A stretch of 64,000 bases of DNA from an uncultured beta proteobacterium. GTDB taxonomy: Bacteria; Pseudomonadota; Gammaproteobacteria; Burkholderiales; Burkholderiaceae_B. Below are positions 47,744-58,929 of this stretch, piece after piece; position 1 is the stretch's first letter, and each line of letters begins with the position of its first letter. Below the pieces are notes generated by a model. The model ran no database searches and had not been told where the DNA came from. It saw only the letters and a list, made by a program, of their open reading frames with translations. The stretch spans positions 2,612 to 66,611 of the forward strand of contig CAIJKV010000189.1 in the NCBI GenBank assembly GCA_903821335.1, written 5' to 3'. The position numbers and the translations under genes are program-made.

Positions 47744-49537
47744 ATGCAGCATATCCGCAATTTTTCCATCATCGCCCACATTGATCACGGCAAATCCACG
47801 CTCGCCGACAGGCTGATCCAGCGCTGTGGTGGTCTGGCTGACCGCGAAATGTCTGCGCAGGTGCTTGACTCGATGGACATCGAGCGCGAGCGTGGTATTA
47901 CCATCAAGGCTCAGACGGCCGCTCTGAAATACACATCGCAAAGCGGCCAGATCTACGCACTGAACCTGATTGACACACCGGGCCACGTCGACTTCTCTTA
48001 CGAGGTCAGCCGGTCTCTATCGGCCTGCGAAGGGGCATTGTTGGTTGTCGATGCCTCGCAGGGCGTCGAAGCGCAGACGGTCGCCAATTGCTACACGGCC
48101 CTTGACCTGGGCGTCGAGGTGGTACCAATACTGAACAAAATGGATTTGCCGCAAGCGGATCCTGAAAGCGCTCGCGCCGAGGTCGAGGACGTGATTGGCA
48201 TTGACGCCTCCGGCGCGATCCTTGCCAGCGCCAAGACCGGCATGGGCATCGATGAAATCCTCGAGGCGGTGGTATCGCGCATCCCCGCACCCAAGGGCGA
48301 TCCCAATGCACCGCTGCAGGCGATGATCGTTGACTCCTGGTTTGACAACTACGTTGGCGTGGTCATGCTGGTGCGCGTCATGAATGGTGTGCTCAAGCCC
48401 AAGGACAGGATCAGTTTCATGGCGTCCGGGGCGATCCACCTGTGTGAGCAGGTTGGTGTGTTTACCCCCAAGTCCCAACCGCGTCCCCATTTGTCTGCTG
48501 GCGAAGTGGGTTTCCTGACCGCCGGCATCAAGGAAATTGCGGATGCCAAGGTGGGCGATACCATCACCTTGCTGAATAATCCGGCAGCCTCACCGTTGCC
48601 AGGCTTCAAAGAGGTCAAGCCGCAGGTTTTTGCTGGTATCTATCCGATCGAAAGCAGTGAATACGATCAGCTGCGAGATTCGCTTGAAAAACTCAAGCTC
48701 AATGATTCGGCACTGATGTTCGAGCCTGAGGTTTCCCAGGCACTGGGATTTGGCTTTCGCTGCGGTTTCCTGGGCTTGTTGCACATGGAAATTGTGCAAG
48801 AGCGGCTTGAGCGTGAATTTGACATGGATATCATCACCACGGCTCCGACCGTGGTGTACGAAGTTGAGCAGCGTGACGGCACGGTGATTCACATCGAAAG
48901 CCCCTCACGCTTGCCTGAAATCGGCAAGATCGCCGAGGTGCGCGAGCCCATCGTGACGGTGACCTTGTTCATGCCGCAAGAGTATGTCGGTCCAGTCATG
49001 ACGCTGTGTAACAACAAGCGCGGCGTGCAGCTCGACATGACCTATCATGGGCGCCAGGTGCATCTGCACTACGAGATTCCCCTAGCCGAGATCGTGCTCG
49101 ACTTTTTTGACAAGTTGAAATCTGTGTCGCGTGGCTATGCTTCGATGGACTACGAGTTCAAAGAGTATCGTGCGGCCGACGTCGTCAGGGTTGACGTGCT
49201 GATCAATACCGACAAGGTCGATGCGTTGTCCACGATCTGTCACCGTTCAAATGCGCGCTTTCGCGCACGTGATGTCGTGGCGCGCATGCGCGAACTGATT
49301 CCACGCCAGATGTACGACGTGGCGATCCAGGCAGCGATTGGTGCCGAAATCATCGCGCGAGAAAACGTCAAGGCTTTGCGCAAGAACGTGCTGGCCAAGT
49401 GCTACGGTGGCGATATTTCACGCAAGAAGAAGCTGCTTGAAAAGCAGAAAGCCGGCAAAAAGCGCATGAAGCAGGTTGGAAGTGTTGAAATTCCGCAAGA
49501 GGCCTTCCTGGCTATCTTGCAGGTCGAAGATAAATAG
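47744..49537 (+). CDS. lepA: Elongation factor 4 (LepA)
   Basis: [57 protein letters not shown]. Confidence 0.99.
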   Translation: MQHIRNFSIIAHIDHGKSTLADRLIQRCGGLADREMSAQVLDSMDIERERGITIKAQTAALKYTSQSGQIYALNLIDTPGHVDFSYEVSRSLSACEGALLVVDASQGVEAQTVANCYTALDLGVEVVPILNKMDLPQADPESARAEVEDVIGIDASGAILASAKTGMGIDEILEAVVSRIPAPKGDPNAPLQAMIVDSWFDNYVGVVMLVRVMNGVLKPKDRISFMASGAIHLCEQVGVFTPKSQPRPHLSAGEVGFLTAGIKEIADAKVGDTITLLNNPAASPLPGFKEVKPQVFAGIYPIESSEYDQLRDSLEKLKLNDSALMFEPEVSQALGFGFRCGFLGLLHMEIVQERLEREFDMDIITTAPTVVYEVEQRDGTVIHIESPSRLPEIGKIAEVREPIVTVTLFMPQEYVGPVMTLCNNKRGVQLDMTYHGRQVHLHYEIPLAEIVLDFFDKLKSVSRGYASMDYEFKEYRAADVVRVDVLINTDKVDALSTICHRSNARFRARDVVARMRELIPRQMYDVAIQAAIGAEIIARENVKALRKNVLAKCYGGDISRKKKLLEKQKAGKKRMKQVGSVEIPQEAFLAILQVEDK

Positions 49538-49560
49538 TTACTCGCAAGGTCGTCAATCTC

Positions 49561-50448
49561 ATGAGTTGGAATTTTGCCCTGATTCTGTTTGTACTGATGG
49601 TTGTCACCGGTGTGGTCTGGGTGATCGACCGTTTCTGGCTGCAAAAGGTGCGTGCCGAGCGTGTTGCCAATGCACTGGTGCTGGCGCGGGCGGGTTGGGC
49701 CGGGTTGCCGGCGGTCGAAGTGCAGACGCGTGAAGAAGAAATTCGCCAGGAAGCAGGCAAGGTTTCCTGGTGGGTGGAATATGCAGTCAGTTTCTTCCCG
49801 GTCATCCTGTTTGTTTTCCTGTTGCGTTCGTTTCTGGTCGAGCCCTTTCGTATCCCGTCGGGGTCTATGTTGCCCACGATGCAGTCTGGTGATCTGATTC
49901 TGGTCAATAAATTCACCTACGGCATTCGCCTGCCCGTGATCGACACCAAGATTATTCCGGTCGGGTCGCCACAGCGCGGCGATGTCATGGTGTTTCGCTA
50001 CCCTGTTGACCCGAGCGTCGATTACATCAAACGGGTGGTCGGCTTGCCGGGTGACGAGATCGAATACAAGGATCAGCGTCTGTATATCAACGGCAAAGAG
50101 GTCCCACGCAAACGTGACGGCGAATATTTTGAACCAGACCGTGTGGCGTACACAGCACAGTTTACTGAGCAGCTTGGTTCGGTTGAGCACCAGATACTGT
50201 TAGATGAGCGACGTTCGCAGATGTTGTCACCAATGTGGAAGTTTCCGTATCAGGAAAACTGTCAATATCTCGGAAATGGCATCCGTTGCACCGTACCGGC
50301 TGGCACATACTTTATGATGGGTGACAACCGCGATAACAGTCTGGATAGTCGCTATTGGGGGTTTGTACCCGACGCCAACATCGTCGGACGCGCCTTTTTC
50401 ATCTGGATGAACTTTAGTAACCTGGGTCGTATCGGCCGCTTTAATTAA
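49561..50448 (+). CDS. lepB: Signal peptidase I
   Basis: [36 protein letters not shown]. Confidence 0.97.
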   Translation: MSWNFALILFVLMVVTGVVWVIDRFWLQKVRAERVANALVLARAGWAGLPAVEVQTREEEIRQEAGKVSWWVEYAVSFFPVILFVFLLRSFLVEPFRIPSGSMLPTMQSGDLILVNKFTYGIRLPVIDTKIIPVGSPQRGDVMVFRYPVDPSVDYIKRVVGLPGDEIEYKDQRLYINGKEVPRKRDGEYFEPDRVAYTAQFTEQLGSVEHQILLDERRSQMLSPMWKFPYQENCQYLGNGIRCTVPAGTYFMMGDNRDNSLDSRYWGFVPDANIVGRAFFIWMNFSNLGRIGRFN

Positions 50449-51206
50449 TGTCACTTGCTGCACTCGAGACCTCGCTTGGATACACGTTCTTAAAGCCCGC
50501 TCTGTTAGAGCAGGCGTTGACGCATCGCAGTCATGGTGCGCGTCACAATGAACGCCTGGAGTTCCTTGGTGACGCGGTCCTGAACGTGGCCGTGGCGGCT
50601 CTGCTTTTTCATCACTACGGTACGCTCGACGAGGGTGACCTGTCACGTGTGCGTGCCAACCTGGTCAAGCAGGCGTCTCTTGCGGATATCGCCCAGAAAC
50701 TGGACCTGTCGCGTTTCTTGCGGTTGGGCGAGGGCGAACTGAAAAGCGGTGGTTTTCGTCGGCCGTCGATCCTGGCCGATACGTTCGAGGCTGTGTTGGC
50801 TGCTGTCTATCTCGACGGTGGTTTTACCGAAGCTCAGAATCTGGTCGAGCGTCTCTATATGCCGATCCTGGCCAGTGTCGATCCGCTCACGCTCGGCAAG
50901 GACGCAAAGACGCTCTTGCAAGAGTTTCTACAGAGTCGCAAACTTGCCTTGCCAATTTACAATGTGGTTGCCACGCACGGTGCCGCCCACAGCCAGCAGT
51001 TTGAAGTCGAATGCGTGATCCCGTCACTTGATATCAAGGTGATCGCTGCAGGCTCCAGTCGACGCGCGGCAGAGCAGTCTGCGGCCAAGCTGGCACTCGT
51101 CGGCGCCGAGGCTGCTAGCCCCGCCCCCATTAAAAAACGGTCCACCCGGGCACGCAAAACGGCGCAACTGACGCTGCCGGTGGCCGTTGCCCAGGAACTC
51201 AAATGA
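50448..51206 (+). CDS. rnc: Ribonuclease III
   Basis: [16 protein letters not shown], dsRBD ([14 protein letters not shown]). Confidence 0.98.
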   Translation: MSLAALETSLGYTFLKPALLEQALTHRSHGARHNERLEFLGDAVLNVAVAALLFHHYGTLDEGDLSRVRANLVKQASLADIAQKLDLSRFLRLGEGELKSGGFRRPSILADTFEAVLAAVYLDGGFTEAQNLVERLYMPILASVDPLTLGKDAKTLLQEFLQSRKLALPIYNVVATHGAAHSQQFEVECVIPSLDIKVIAAGSSRRAAEQSAAKLALVGAEAASPAPIKKRSTRARKTAQLTLPVAVAQELK

Positions 51207-52093
51207 CAGAAGCAGCATTCCGCTGTGGTTTTGTAGCAGTCGTTGGTCGTCCCAACGTTGGCAAATCCACACTGACCAACGCCTTGATTGGCAGCAAGAT
51301 TTCCATCGTGTCGCGCAAGGCGCAAACCACGCGTCACCGTATCAATGGGGTGCTCACACGAGACCATGAACAGTTCGTGTTCGTTGATACCCCCGGCTTC
51401 CAGACCCGCCACGGCGGTGCCATGAACAAGATGATGAACCGTGTGGTCACCCAGACGCTGGCAGACGTCGATGTGGTGTTGTTCGTGGTCGAAGCCGGCA
51501 AGTGGTCCCCCGGAGATGCCAAGCTGCTGCAGTTGCTGCACAACCCGACGCGTACGATTCTGGTCATCACCAAGATTGACCAGATCAAGAACCGCGACAC
51601 ACTGTATCCCTTTGTTCAGTCCATCGCGGCACAATTCGCGTTTGATGCCGTGGTGCCCGTCAGTGCAAACAAACGTCATCAGCTTGACCAGTTGCTCGAC
51701 GAGATCTCCAAGCGTTTGCCCGAGAACGAACCGTACTTCGAGGCCGACACACTGACCGATCGCCCCATGCGCTTCATCGCGTCAGAGCTCATCCGTGAAA
51801 AGATTTTTCGTCTGGTGGGCGACGAGCTTCCTTACGGTTGCACGGTAGTCATCGAGCAATGGGATGAAACCCCCAAGGGTGTGGCGATCGCCGCCTGCGT
51901 GATCGTCGAGCGTGAAAGTCATCGCCCGATTTTGCTGGGTGTCGGTGGCAGTCACATGAAGCGTATTGCCAGCGAGGCGCGTCAGGATATCGCCAAGCTG
52001 CTTGATCTGCCCGTCCACCTTGAGGTTTATATCAAGGTCCGCAAAGGCTGGGCTGAGAAAGAAAGCAGCCTGCGCGACCTGGGTTATGAGTAA
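51203..52093 (+). CDS. era: GTPase Era
   Basis: [23 protein letters not shown] domain. Confidence 0.98.
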   Translation: MTEAAFRCGFVAVVGRPNVGKSTLTNALIGSKISIVSRKAQTTRHRINGVLTRDHEQFVFVDTPGFQTRHGGAMNKMMNRVVTQTLADVDVVLFVVEAGKWSPGDAKLLQLLHNPTRTILVITKIDQIKNRDTLYPFVQSIAAQFAFDAVVPVSANKRHQLDQLLDEISKRLPENEPYFEADTLTDRPMRFIASELIREKIFRLVGDELPYGCTVVIEQWDETPKGVAIAACVIVERESHRPILLGVGGSHMKRIASEARQDIAKLLDLPVHLEVYIKVRKGWAEKESSLRDLGYE

Positions 52094-52685
52094 ACGCGTA
52101 CTGCGTATACATGAAGTGCCAGGCTATGTGCTACATGCCACTGCCTGGCGTGAAACCTCCCTGATTGTGCAGACCTTTACCCGTGATCATGGGTGGGTCA
52201 GTCTAGTCGCCAAAGGTGCCAAGCGCCCTCACTCCATCCTGCGTGCGGCCTTGTCCGTCTTTCAGCCCTTGCTGCTGTCCTGGACCGGTTCGGGTGAAAT
52301 CAAGACACTGACTCGGGCTGAATGCGCGGGTATCCACACGATCGCAGGGCCTGCCCTGATGTCGTGCTGGTACATGAATGAACTGTTGTTCAGGCTACTC
52401 CCCCACGAAGACCCACACCCCAGATTGTTTGACGCGTATGTGATGGCGTTGCAAGGTCTGGCGGCAGGTCAGGCGGCGGCAGGCGCATTGCGCCGGTTTG
52501 AATGGACACTGCTGCAGGAGTCTGGTTACGGACTGGATGTGCCAGACCCTGATTTTGATGACGCCCAACAAGAGCCCGCCTTGCGGGCAGCCTTGCGCAG
52601 TCGCCTGTCCGAGCACCTGGCAGGCAAGCCGCTTGCCACGCGGCAGGTTCTGGTGGCACTGCAGCAGTATCAACTGCCTAAATAA
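52086..52685 (+). CDS. recO: DNA repair protein RecO
   Basis: YVLHATAWRETSLIV, VAKGAKRP, YMNELL, LRRFEWTLLQESGY. Confidence 0.94.
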   Translation: MSKRVLRIHEVPGYVLHATAWRETSLIVQTFTRDHGWVSLVAKGAKRPHSILRAALSVFQPLLLSWTGSGEIKTLTRAECAGIHTIAGPALMSCWYMNELLFRLLPHEDPHPRLFDAYVMALQGLAAGQAAAGALRRFEWTLLQESGYGLDVPDPDFDDAQQEPALRAALRSRLSEHLAGKPLATRQVLVALQQYQLPK

Positions 52686-52741
52686 GTTCAACAGACTGCT
52701 ATTGCGGCACCGAAAGTCAGCAGCCACAAATTTCATCACAC

Positions 52742-52779
52742 AAAAAAATCACCCGGTTCGCGACAACACGACCGGGTGA
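52742..52779 (-). terminator. Intrinsic terminator for the minus-strand adh transcript
   Basis: TCACCCGGT...ACCGGGTGA stem with a 7-U tail on the minus strand. Confidence 0.8.
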
Positions 52780-52782
52780 ATA

Positions 52783-52852
52783 CTCTCTTGTCTTTTTTAT
52801 TGATGATGTTTTCTTTTTATTTTTCTTCTTCTTCTTTTGTTTGTCTCCCCCC
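52783..52852 (-). repeat. Extremely purine/A-rich tract with (AAG)4, candidate Hfq-binding RNA
   Basis: Minus strand GGGGGGAGACAAACAAAAGAAGAAGAAGAAAAATAAAAAGAAAACATCATCAATAAAAAAGACAAGAGAG. Confidence 0.6.
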
Positions 52853-52888
52853 GCCGTATGTTCGACTGTGGTTCTTGCGTAATGGATG

Positions 52889-53947
52889 TTAGGCCGTCAG
52901 CACCGCACGTCCGGTGACCTTGCCCTCGCGCAGTGACATCAGGACGCGGTCGGCATCTGCCAGCGGATGCTTGGTCACCTGAATGGGCTTGATCTTGCCG
53001 TCGAGCACCAGCTGCATGAGTTCGCGCATTTCGGCGAGTGAGCCGGTGTAGCTGCCAATGATGCTGAGCGCTTTCATTGGAATGAAGGCAATCGGCCAGG
53101 GTGCGGCACCGCCGAACAACCCGACGATGACCAGCTTGCCGCCTTTGATCAGGCAGTCAAAGGCAATGCTGGTCGTGGAGGGCGCACCGACCAAATCGAT
53201 GACAGCATGTACGGCCTTGCCGCCATTTGCCTTGATGATCTGCTGGGCGGCATCTGCCGCTGCACCATCCACCACTGCCATGGCACCTGCATCCAGTGCT
53301 GCCTGGCGCTTGACGGGATCGATATCGACCACGATTGCGCCAGCACCACCCAGCGCATTGACCAGTTCCAGACACATCAAACCCAGACCCCCGGCACCCA
53401 TGATCACAACCGGGTGCTTTTGATAGGTCTTTGCGCCGACCTTGTTCAGCGCACTATAGGTCGTAATACCCGAGCACGCGTAGGGGGCGATCTGCGCAGG
53501 ATCGAGATCACCAATTTCAATCAGGTAACGTGCATCGGGCACCAGCAGGTGATCGGCGTAGCCGCCCGACTTGTACACGCCCAGGTACTGGGGAGCTGCG
53601 CAGTAGTTCTCCAGCTCGTCCAGGCAGGCCGGGCACTTGCCGCAACCAATCCATGGGTACACCAGATAGTTCAGGCCTTTGGCCACGCCCGAGGCCAGAG
53701 GACCCGTCGCCACGACGGTACCGACGGTCTCATGTCCCATGGTCAGGGGCAGGTTGATGCCACGATCTGTAAGCGACAGCGTGCGGCCGTTGCCCAGGTC
53801 GTAGCCGCCTTCCCAGATGTGAAGGTCACTGTGGCAGACGCCCGCCGCACGGACTTCCAGCAGGACCTCGCCATCCTTGGGCTCAGGCGTTGGGACGTCC
53901 CGTTGCTGCAGGGCTTGCTTGAAATTCATGACGCAATAGCATTTCAT
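52889..53947 (-). CDS. Zn-dependent alcohol dehydrogenase (6-hydroxyhexanoate dehydrogenase-like MDR)
   Basis: GVCHSDLHIWEGGYDLG, GHE, structural Zn C-C-C-C, GAGGLG, GRAVL. Confidence 0.9.
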   Translation of the reverse strand: MKCYCVMNFKQALQQRDVPTPEPKDGEVLLEVRAAGVCHSDLHIWEGGYDLGNGRTLSLTDRGINLPLTMGHETVGTVVATGPLASGVAKGLNYLVYPWIGCGKCPACLDELENYCAAPQYLGVYKSGGYADHLLVPDARYLIEIGDLDPAQIAPYACSGITTYSALNKVGAKTYQKHPVVIMGAGGLGLMCLELVNALGGAGAIVVDIDPVKRQAALDAGAMAVVDGAAADAAQQIIKANGGKAVHAVIDLVGAPSTTSIAFDCLIKGGKLVIVGLFGGAAPWPIAFIPMKALSIIGSYTGSLAEMRELMQLVLDGKIKPIQVTKHPLADADRVLMSLREGKVTGRAVLTA

Positions 53948-53967
53948 GTTCAGGTTCTCCGTTCAGA

Positions 53968-55176
53968 TCACTTCTTGACGAGGGGGCATTCACTTTTTGC
54001 AAGTGGCACAAACAATTTATCACCGGGAATCGTAGCCAGTATCTTGTAGACATCGTTGGGCGACTTGGATTCTGCGGGCGACTTCACCTGGACTGAATAC
54101 AGGTCCATGATGACGCGACCATCCTCAGGACGAACCCTTGCGTTTTTGATCAAGGGTGATTTCACTGGAAGTTCACGCATTTTCTTGTTGACCGCAACAG
54201 CCTCGAAAGTGCCGGCAGCTTTTACAGCCTCGAGGTACTGCATGGTGCCTACGTAAGAGAGCGCCTGAACCATGGAGGGTGCACGTGTGAAGCCAGTCTT
54301 GGTTTGCCAGCGCTTGGTCCATGCCCGGGTGTCATCGTCCAGGTCCCAGTAAAACGGTGTGGGGAAAGTCAGGCCCTGTGCCGAGGCCAGACCCATGCCC
54401 AGCACATCGTTGATAAACACCAGGAAGGTCAACAGACGTTGTTTACTGCCGTCCAGACCGAATTGCTGCGCTTGCTTGATCAGGTTGATCAGGTCGCCAC
54501 CTGCACTGGAAATCCCGATGACGTCGGCACCGGAGGATTGTGCCTGCAACAGGAATGATGCAAAGTCTGTGGCGCCAAGCGGGTGGCGCGCGTTGCCGAG
54601 CACCTTGCCACCTTCTTGCGTGACGAACTGGCTGGCCGTGGCTTCAAGGGACTTGCCAAAGACATAGTCGGTCGTGATGAAGTACCAGGTTTTTCCACCT
54701 TGCTTGACCGTGCTGCTGACAACCGCATTGGCCAGGGCGTAGGTATCGGGGGCCCACTGCGTGCTGATGTCGGTACACTGCTTGCCACTGAAGTCACCGG
54801 CAAAGCCGCCGCTGATAATGGCTGACCCGCCTTTCTCCTTTGCGACGTTTACGCCGGCCAGGCCGGTCGAACTGGCGCCACCGTCTACCAATGCCACCAG
54901 GTTCTGTGTGTCGAACCAGCGGCGGATCATGGTGCTGGCGATGTCCACTTTATTTTGTGTGTCACCACCAATCACTTCAATTTTCTTGCCCAGAACCGTT
55001 CCGCCAAAATCTTCGACTGCCATCTTGACAGAGGCCTCAGAGCCCAGGCCACCCAGGTCGGAGTAGATGCCGGAACGATCATTGGCCACGCCCAGCCGCA
55101 CCACGTCGGATTGCGCGACCGCCGTTGCGGCGACCAGGGTACAAGCCAGCGCTGCGGCGAGCTTTTTCAAAATCAT
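53968..55176 (-). CDS. Orphan ABC substrate-binding protein (Leu/Ile/Val-binding family)
   Basis: Signal peptide; DRSGIYSD, DTQNKVDIA, WYFITTDYVFG; clear paralog of 13772-14986. Confidence 0.9.
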   Translation of the reverse strand: MILKKLAAALACTLVAATAVAQSDVVRLGVANDRSGIYSDLGGLGSEASVKMAVEDFGGTVLGKKIEVIGGDTQNKVDIASTMIRRWFDTQNLVALVDGGASSTGLAGVNVAKEKGGSAIISGGFAGDFSGKQCTDISTQWAPDTYALANAVVSSTVKQGGKTWYFITTDYVFGKSLEATASQFVTQEGGKVLGNARHPLGATDFASFLLQAQSSGADVIGISSAGGDLINLIKQAQQFGLDGSKQRLLTFLVFINDVLGMGLASAQGLTFPTPFYWDLDDDTRAWTKRWQTKTGFTRAPSMVQALSYVGTMQYLEAVKAAGTFEAVAVNKKMRELPVKSPLIKNARVRPEDGRVIMDLYSVQVKSPAESKSPNDVYKILATIPGDKLFVPLAKSECPLVKK

Positions 55177-55337
55177 GTCTTCTCCAAGGCGATTGGTCGG
55201 GCTCCCGGTTCTACGCGAAATGCCCCTGTTGTCGTAACGGATGTGTCCGTTGGCGATAGCTTACAAAAGAATGGTCGGCTGCAGACCGTTGCGCACGGCG
55301 GATCCCTACGTATTTGCTTAACCGGGTCATTGGTTTA

Positions 55338-55373
55338 GAAAAAACCAAGGGATATCCCGCAAGGAATATCCCT
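55338..55373 (-). terminator. Intrinsic terminator after the ThDP-enzyme operon
   Basis: AGGGATAT..CC-GCAA-GG..ATATCCCT hairpin with a U-rich tail on the minus strand. Confidence 0.6.
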
Positions 55374-55443
55374 GAAAATAGCCGCTCACCATTGGTGCGC
55401 GCGCACGCATGTCACGGTTTTGTGCGTGGCACGACGCGACACG

Positions 55444-57006
55444 CTACATGACCAGTTCAATGAGCCGCGGGCCTTTTTCGCGACTGGCGATACGCAGCAT
55501 TTTTTCGAGGCCTTCAAGCGAATCGACCTGTACACCCGGGACACCGTGCCCTTTTGCAAGTGCCACAAAGTCCAGGTTTGGATTGTCCAGGTCCAGCATG
55601 CGCCGGGCGCTGTCGCCAGGTGCGGGGCCACCCATGTTGGCCAGTTCACCGCGCAGAATCCGGTAGGAACGATTGGCAAAAATCACGACCGTGATGTCAA
55701 GTTGTTCTCGGGCCATGGTCCAGAGTGACTGAATCGTGTACATGGCACTGCCGTCACCAATAAAGGCGAACACCTTGCGGTCCGGGCAAGCAATCGCTGC
55801 ACCGACTGCAGCGGGCAGCCCGAACCCGATCGAACCACCCGTAATGTCGATGCAGTCATGCGGGGCGGCCAGCGGCATGACCTTGGGAAACTGACGACCC
55901 GAGGTCACCGCTTCGTCGATCATGATGGCGTTTTCGGGCAACGTTGCCGCGATAATGAAACCGATTGTGTCTGCGGTGGCCGCGCCCGTGGGCAGCGCGT
56001 CGGGCAACAGGCCGTTGCTGACTTGCGCCGGCGGCGTGTTGTGTGCACCGACTGCGTCGCAGAGTGCGCGCAGCGTAGCGTCGATGTCATGACCAAGCGT
56101 GGCCAGTGTGTGCAGCGCGCAGTCTGGCTGCTTGATCATGCGGGGTTTGTCCGGGTAGGCAAAAAAGGCCACCGGATTGGCGCTGCCGACCAGCACCAGG
56201 TTTTTGGTGTCGCGCAGCATCGCGACGGCACCGTCCACCGGGAATGGAAGCGGCACCACGTTGACGCGTCCACGGCCACGCTCGGTGCGCGGGTTGCGGG
56301 GTTCACAAGCCAGTTTGCAGCCTGTGTGCGCGGCGATTTTGCCAGCATATTCGGTTGCCCGGGCGCGCAGGGCGGGCCCGCCGAGCAGTAAGGTGGTGGT
56401 GGCGGCCGTTGCCGGGTCAGACAGCATGCGTGCGATCGCCTGCACGGTCTCGGTCAACGGAAGTGCCGAAGTTTGCGCCGGCGCGGTGGAATATTTGCCA
56501 GGATCGGAGGGTTCCCAGGCGCAGTTGGCAGGAAGAATGAGTGTTGCAATCCGGCCCGGGGTGCTGCGCGCCTGAGAGATCGCCTCGGCGGTGTCCATCG
56601 GCGCAGCGGTCGAGGACCGTGTGGTCTTGACCCAATGTGACATCGGGCGTGCGACAGCTTCGACGTCTGAATTGAGCGGGGCATCGTTATGAATGTGATC
56701 AAGGCCGTGCTGGCCCACGATATTGACGATGCCCGAGTTTCCACGTTTGGCATTGTGCAGGTTGGCCAGACCATTGCCCAGGCCGGGTCCCAGGTGCAGC
56801 AGCGTCGCAGCAGGTTTTTCGGCCATACGGTAATAGCCATCTGCGGCACCAGTGACCACGCCTTCAAACAGGCCCAGCACACAACGCATGCCAGGGGCGC
56901 GATCAAGCGCTGACACGAAGTGCATCTCGGACGTACCCGGGTTGGCAAAACACACATCCACATTGCCTTCGAGCAACGTGTGCACCATCGCTTCTGAACC
57001 GTTCAT
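55444..57006 (-). CDS. ThDP-dependent enzyme (acetolactate synthase/benzoylformate decarboxylase superfamily)
   Basis: FANPGTSEMH, LFEGVVTGAADGY, GDGSAMY...FANRSY ThDP motif; no ilvH partner. Confidence 0.88.
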   Translation of the reverse strand: MNGSEAMVHTLLEGNVDVCFANPGTSEMHFVSALDRAPGMRCVLGLFEGVVTGAADGYYRMAEKPAATLLHLGPGLGNGLANLHNAKRGNSGIVNIVGQHGLDHIHNDAPLNSDVEAVARPMSHWVKTTRSSTAAPMDTAEAISQARSTPGRIATLILPANCAWEPSDPGKYSTAPAQTSALPLTETVQAIARMLSDPATAATTTLLLGGPALRARATEYAGKIAAHTGCKLACEPRNPRTERGRGRVNVVPLPFPVDGAVAMLRDTKNLVLVGSANPVAFFAYPDKPRMIKQPDCALHTLATLGHDIDATLRALCDAVGAHNTPPAQVSNGLLPDALPTGAATADTIGFIIAATLPENAIMIDEAVTSGRQFPKVMPLAAPHDCIDITGGSIGFGLPAAVGAAIACPDRKVFAFIGDGSAMYTIQSLWTMAREQLDITVVIFANRSYRILRGELANMGGPAPGDSARRMLDLDNPNLDFVALAKGHGVPGVQVDSLEGLEKMLRIASREKGPRLIELVM

Positions 57007-58178
57007 TACACCGCTCCTGATATGTTTTTCATTGTTTCGCGTGCGATCACTACCTGCTGGACTTCGGTCGCACCCTCGTAAATACGCAATGCCCTGATTT
57101 CACGATACAGCATTTCAACTGGATGACCGACGCGCACGCCTAGCCCACCATGCAGTTGCACGCTGCGGTCAATGATGCGTTGTGCGGCTTCGGTTGCAAA
57201 CATCTTTGCCATTGCGGCTGAGCGCGTCGTGCGCCGTCCCAGCACATCGCGTTCCCAGGCCGCCCGATAGATCAGCAACGTGGACGCATCGATCTCGGTG
57301 CTCATGTCGCCAATTGCCGCTTGTGTCAATTGCAGGTCTGCCAGCATGCCGCCAAACATGGGCCGCGTGGCGGCGCGCTTGATCGCCAAATCCAGTGCGG
57401 CTTCCGCAAAGCCAAGCGCCGCGGCGCCAACCGAGGCTCGAAATACATCCAGCGTCTGCATGGCAACTTTAAAACCCTGGCCCGGGTTGGCCAGACGCTG
57501 TGTGAGGGGGATCTCGCAATCGGTAAAGGTCAGGCTGCCGATCGGGTGGGGCGCGCAGACGTCGAATCGCTCAGAGATCGACAGGCCAGGCGTGTTGGCA
57601 TCGACCACGAAGGCGGTCACGCCATCGACCTCGTCTCGTTCCGTACGGGCAAACACGGTATAGAAATCGGCAATTCCGGCATTTGAAATCCAGGTCTTGA
57701 CGCCATTCAGGCGATAGCTGTCACCTGTGCGCGTGGCCCGCATCGTCATCGCTGCCGCATCAGAACCCGAGTCAGGCTCTGACAAGGCGAACGCGGCAAT
57801 CATTTTTCCGGAGGCGACGTGGGGAAGATATTTTTCTTTGAGAAGCTCTGACCCAAAAAGCGAGATCGGACCGCTGCCCAGGCCCTGCATCGCGAACGAA
57901 AAATCAGCGAGACCATCGTGGTAGCCGAGCGTCTGGCGCAACAGGCACAGGCTGCGCGAGTCCAGCGCGGGCAAGACGCCCCCGTATTCGGCCGGAACGG
58001 CGTAGCGTAACCAGCCGGCATCGCCCAGCGCGCGTACCAGGCGCTGGCAATGATGATCGACGTCGCCGCTGTGCACGCGGTTGGTCAGGTGTGCGCGGGC
58101 CCACGTGTGCAAATCGTCATGCAGGCAGCGATGGCCATCGTCAAAGAAAGGCAGCAGCAACGAGTCGGTATTAAACAT
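57006..58178 (-). CDS. Acyl-CoA dehydrogenase family protein
   Basis: [39 protein letters not shown] (catalytic Glu). Confidence 0.93.
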   Translation of the reverse strand: MFNTDSLLLPFFDDGHRCLHDDLHTWARAHLTNRVHSGDVDHHCQRLVRALGDAGWLRYAVPAEYGGVLPALDSRSLCLLRQTLGYHDGLADFSFAMQGLGSGPISLFGSELLKEKYLPHVASGKMIAAFALSEPDSGSDAAAMTMRATRTGDSYRLNGVKTWISNAGIADFYTVFARTERDEVDGVTAFVVDANTPGLSISERFDVCAPHPIGSLTFTDCEIPLTQRLANPGQGFKVAMQTLDVFRASVGAAALGFAEAALDLAIKRAATRPMFGGMLADLQLTQAAIGDMSTEIDASTLLIYRAAWERDVLGRRTTRSAAMAKMFATEAAQRIIDRSVQLHGGLGVRVGHPVEMLYREIRALRIYEGATEVQQVVIARETMKNISGAV

Positions 58179-58929
58179 GTTGGCGAGACTCCATCAGGTC
58201 AAATTTCATTTGGACGTACCGGGTCGGGATTTCAAGTCGAGCGAAGTAGACGACACGGTTTTCGATGCAAGCGTAGCGACGTAACTCGGCGACCGGCGTC
58301 GACAGGGACAGATGCAGTGCTTCGGCCGAGTCTTCTCCAGCCTCGATGATGGTCAGGAGTTGGCCGGCATGTGTCAGCTGTGGTCCGTGGAATTCGTCCA
58401 GTACTGGCGCGACGGTCGAGTGCTGGTAACGCACGGGGTGCTTGGAATAAATCGCGCGGTCCAGATAGACCTCGGTGTAGCAAAAAGGTCCGGTCGAGGT
58501 GGTGTGGATGCGACGCAGGTACTGAAAATTTCCGTCAGTGCCGTATGGACAGTCCATGCCCAGCGACCGGGGCAATGACACGTCGGAATTTGATTCCATC
58601 AGCGTGGTCGTACCGAGCGCTGTCGACAGGGCGACGGTATCTGCCCAGGTTTTTGGCAGCGTCAGTTTCAGTGTTTCAGGCAACTCATCGTTGACGTAGG
58701 TGCCCGAGCCGCGCGACCTGTGGATCAACCCTTCGCGTTCCAGCAGGCCGAACGCCTGACGCACAGTCGCGCGTGAAACGCCGAGCGTATCCACCAGTGA
58801 CTCGAGCGGGGGCACTTGTTCTCCGCATGGCCAAACGCCGCGCTGGATGTTGCGTCGAAAAATCGTCGAGACCTGCAGATACAGAGGTTGCGGGCTGCGT
58901 GCGTAGAGCAGGCCAGTGGGTGCCTTCAT
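58171..58929 (-). CDS. GntR family regulator, HutC/UTRA subfamily
   Basis: [24 protein letters not shown]-terminal UTRA-like domain. Confidence 0.9.
   Translation of the reverse strand: MKAPTGLLYARSPQPLYLQVSTIFRRNIQRGVWPCGEQVPPLESLVDTLGVSRATVRQAFGLLEREGLIHRSRGSGTYVNDELPETLKLTLPKTWADTVALSTALGTTTLMESNSDVSLPRSLGMDCPYGTDGNFQYLRRIHTTSTGPFCYTEVYLDRAIYSKHPVRYQHSTVAPVLDEFHGPQLTHAGQLLTIIEAGEDSAEALHLSLSTPVAELRRYACIENRVVYFARLEIPTRYVQMKFDLMESRQHV

Noticed and set aside
55444-57006. Annotation as biosynthetic acetolactate synthase ilvB/ilvI
   Set aside because: There is no small subunit or ilvC, and it is embedded in a CoA-dependent catabolic operon.
58171-58929. GntR as the missing PhnF
   Set aside because: It is the same HutC subfamily but lies 51 kb from phn and is translationally coupled to unrelated catabolic genes.
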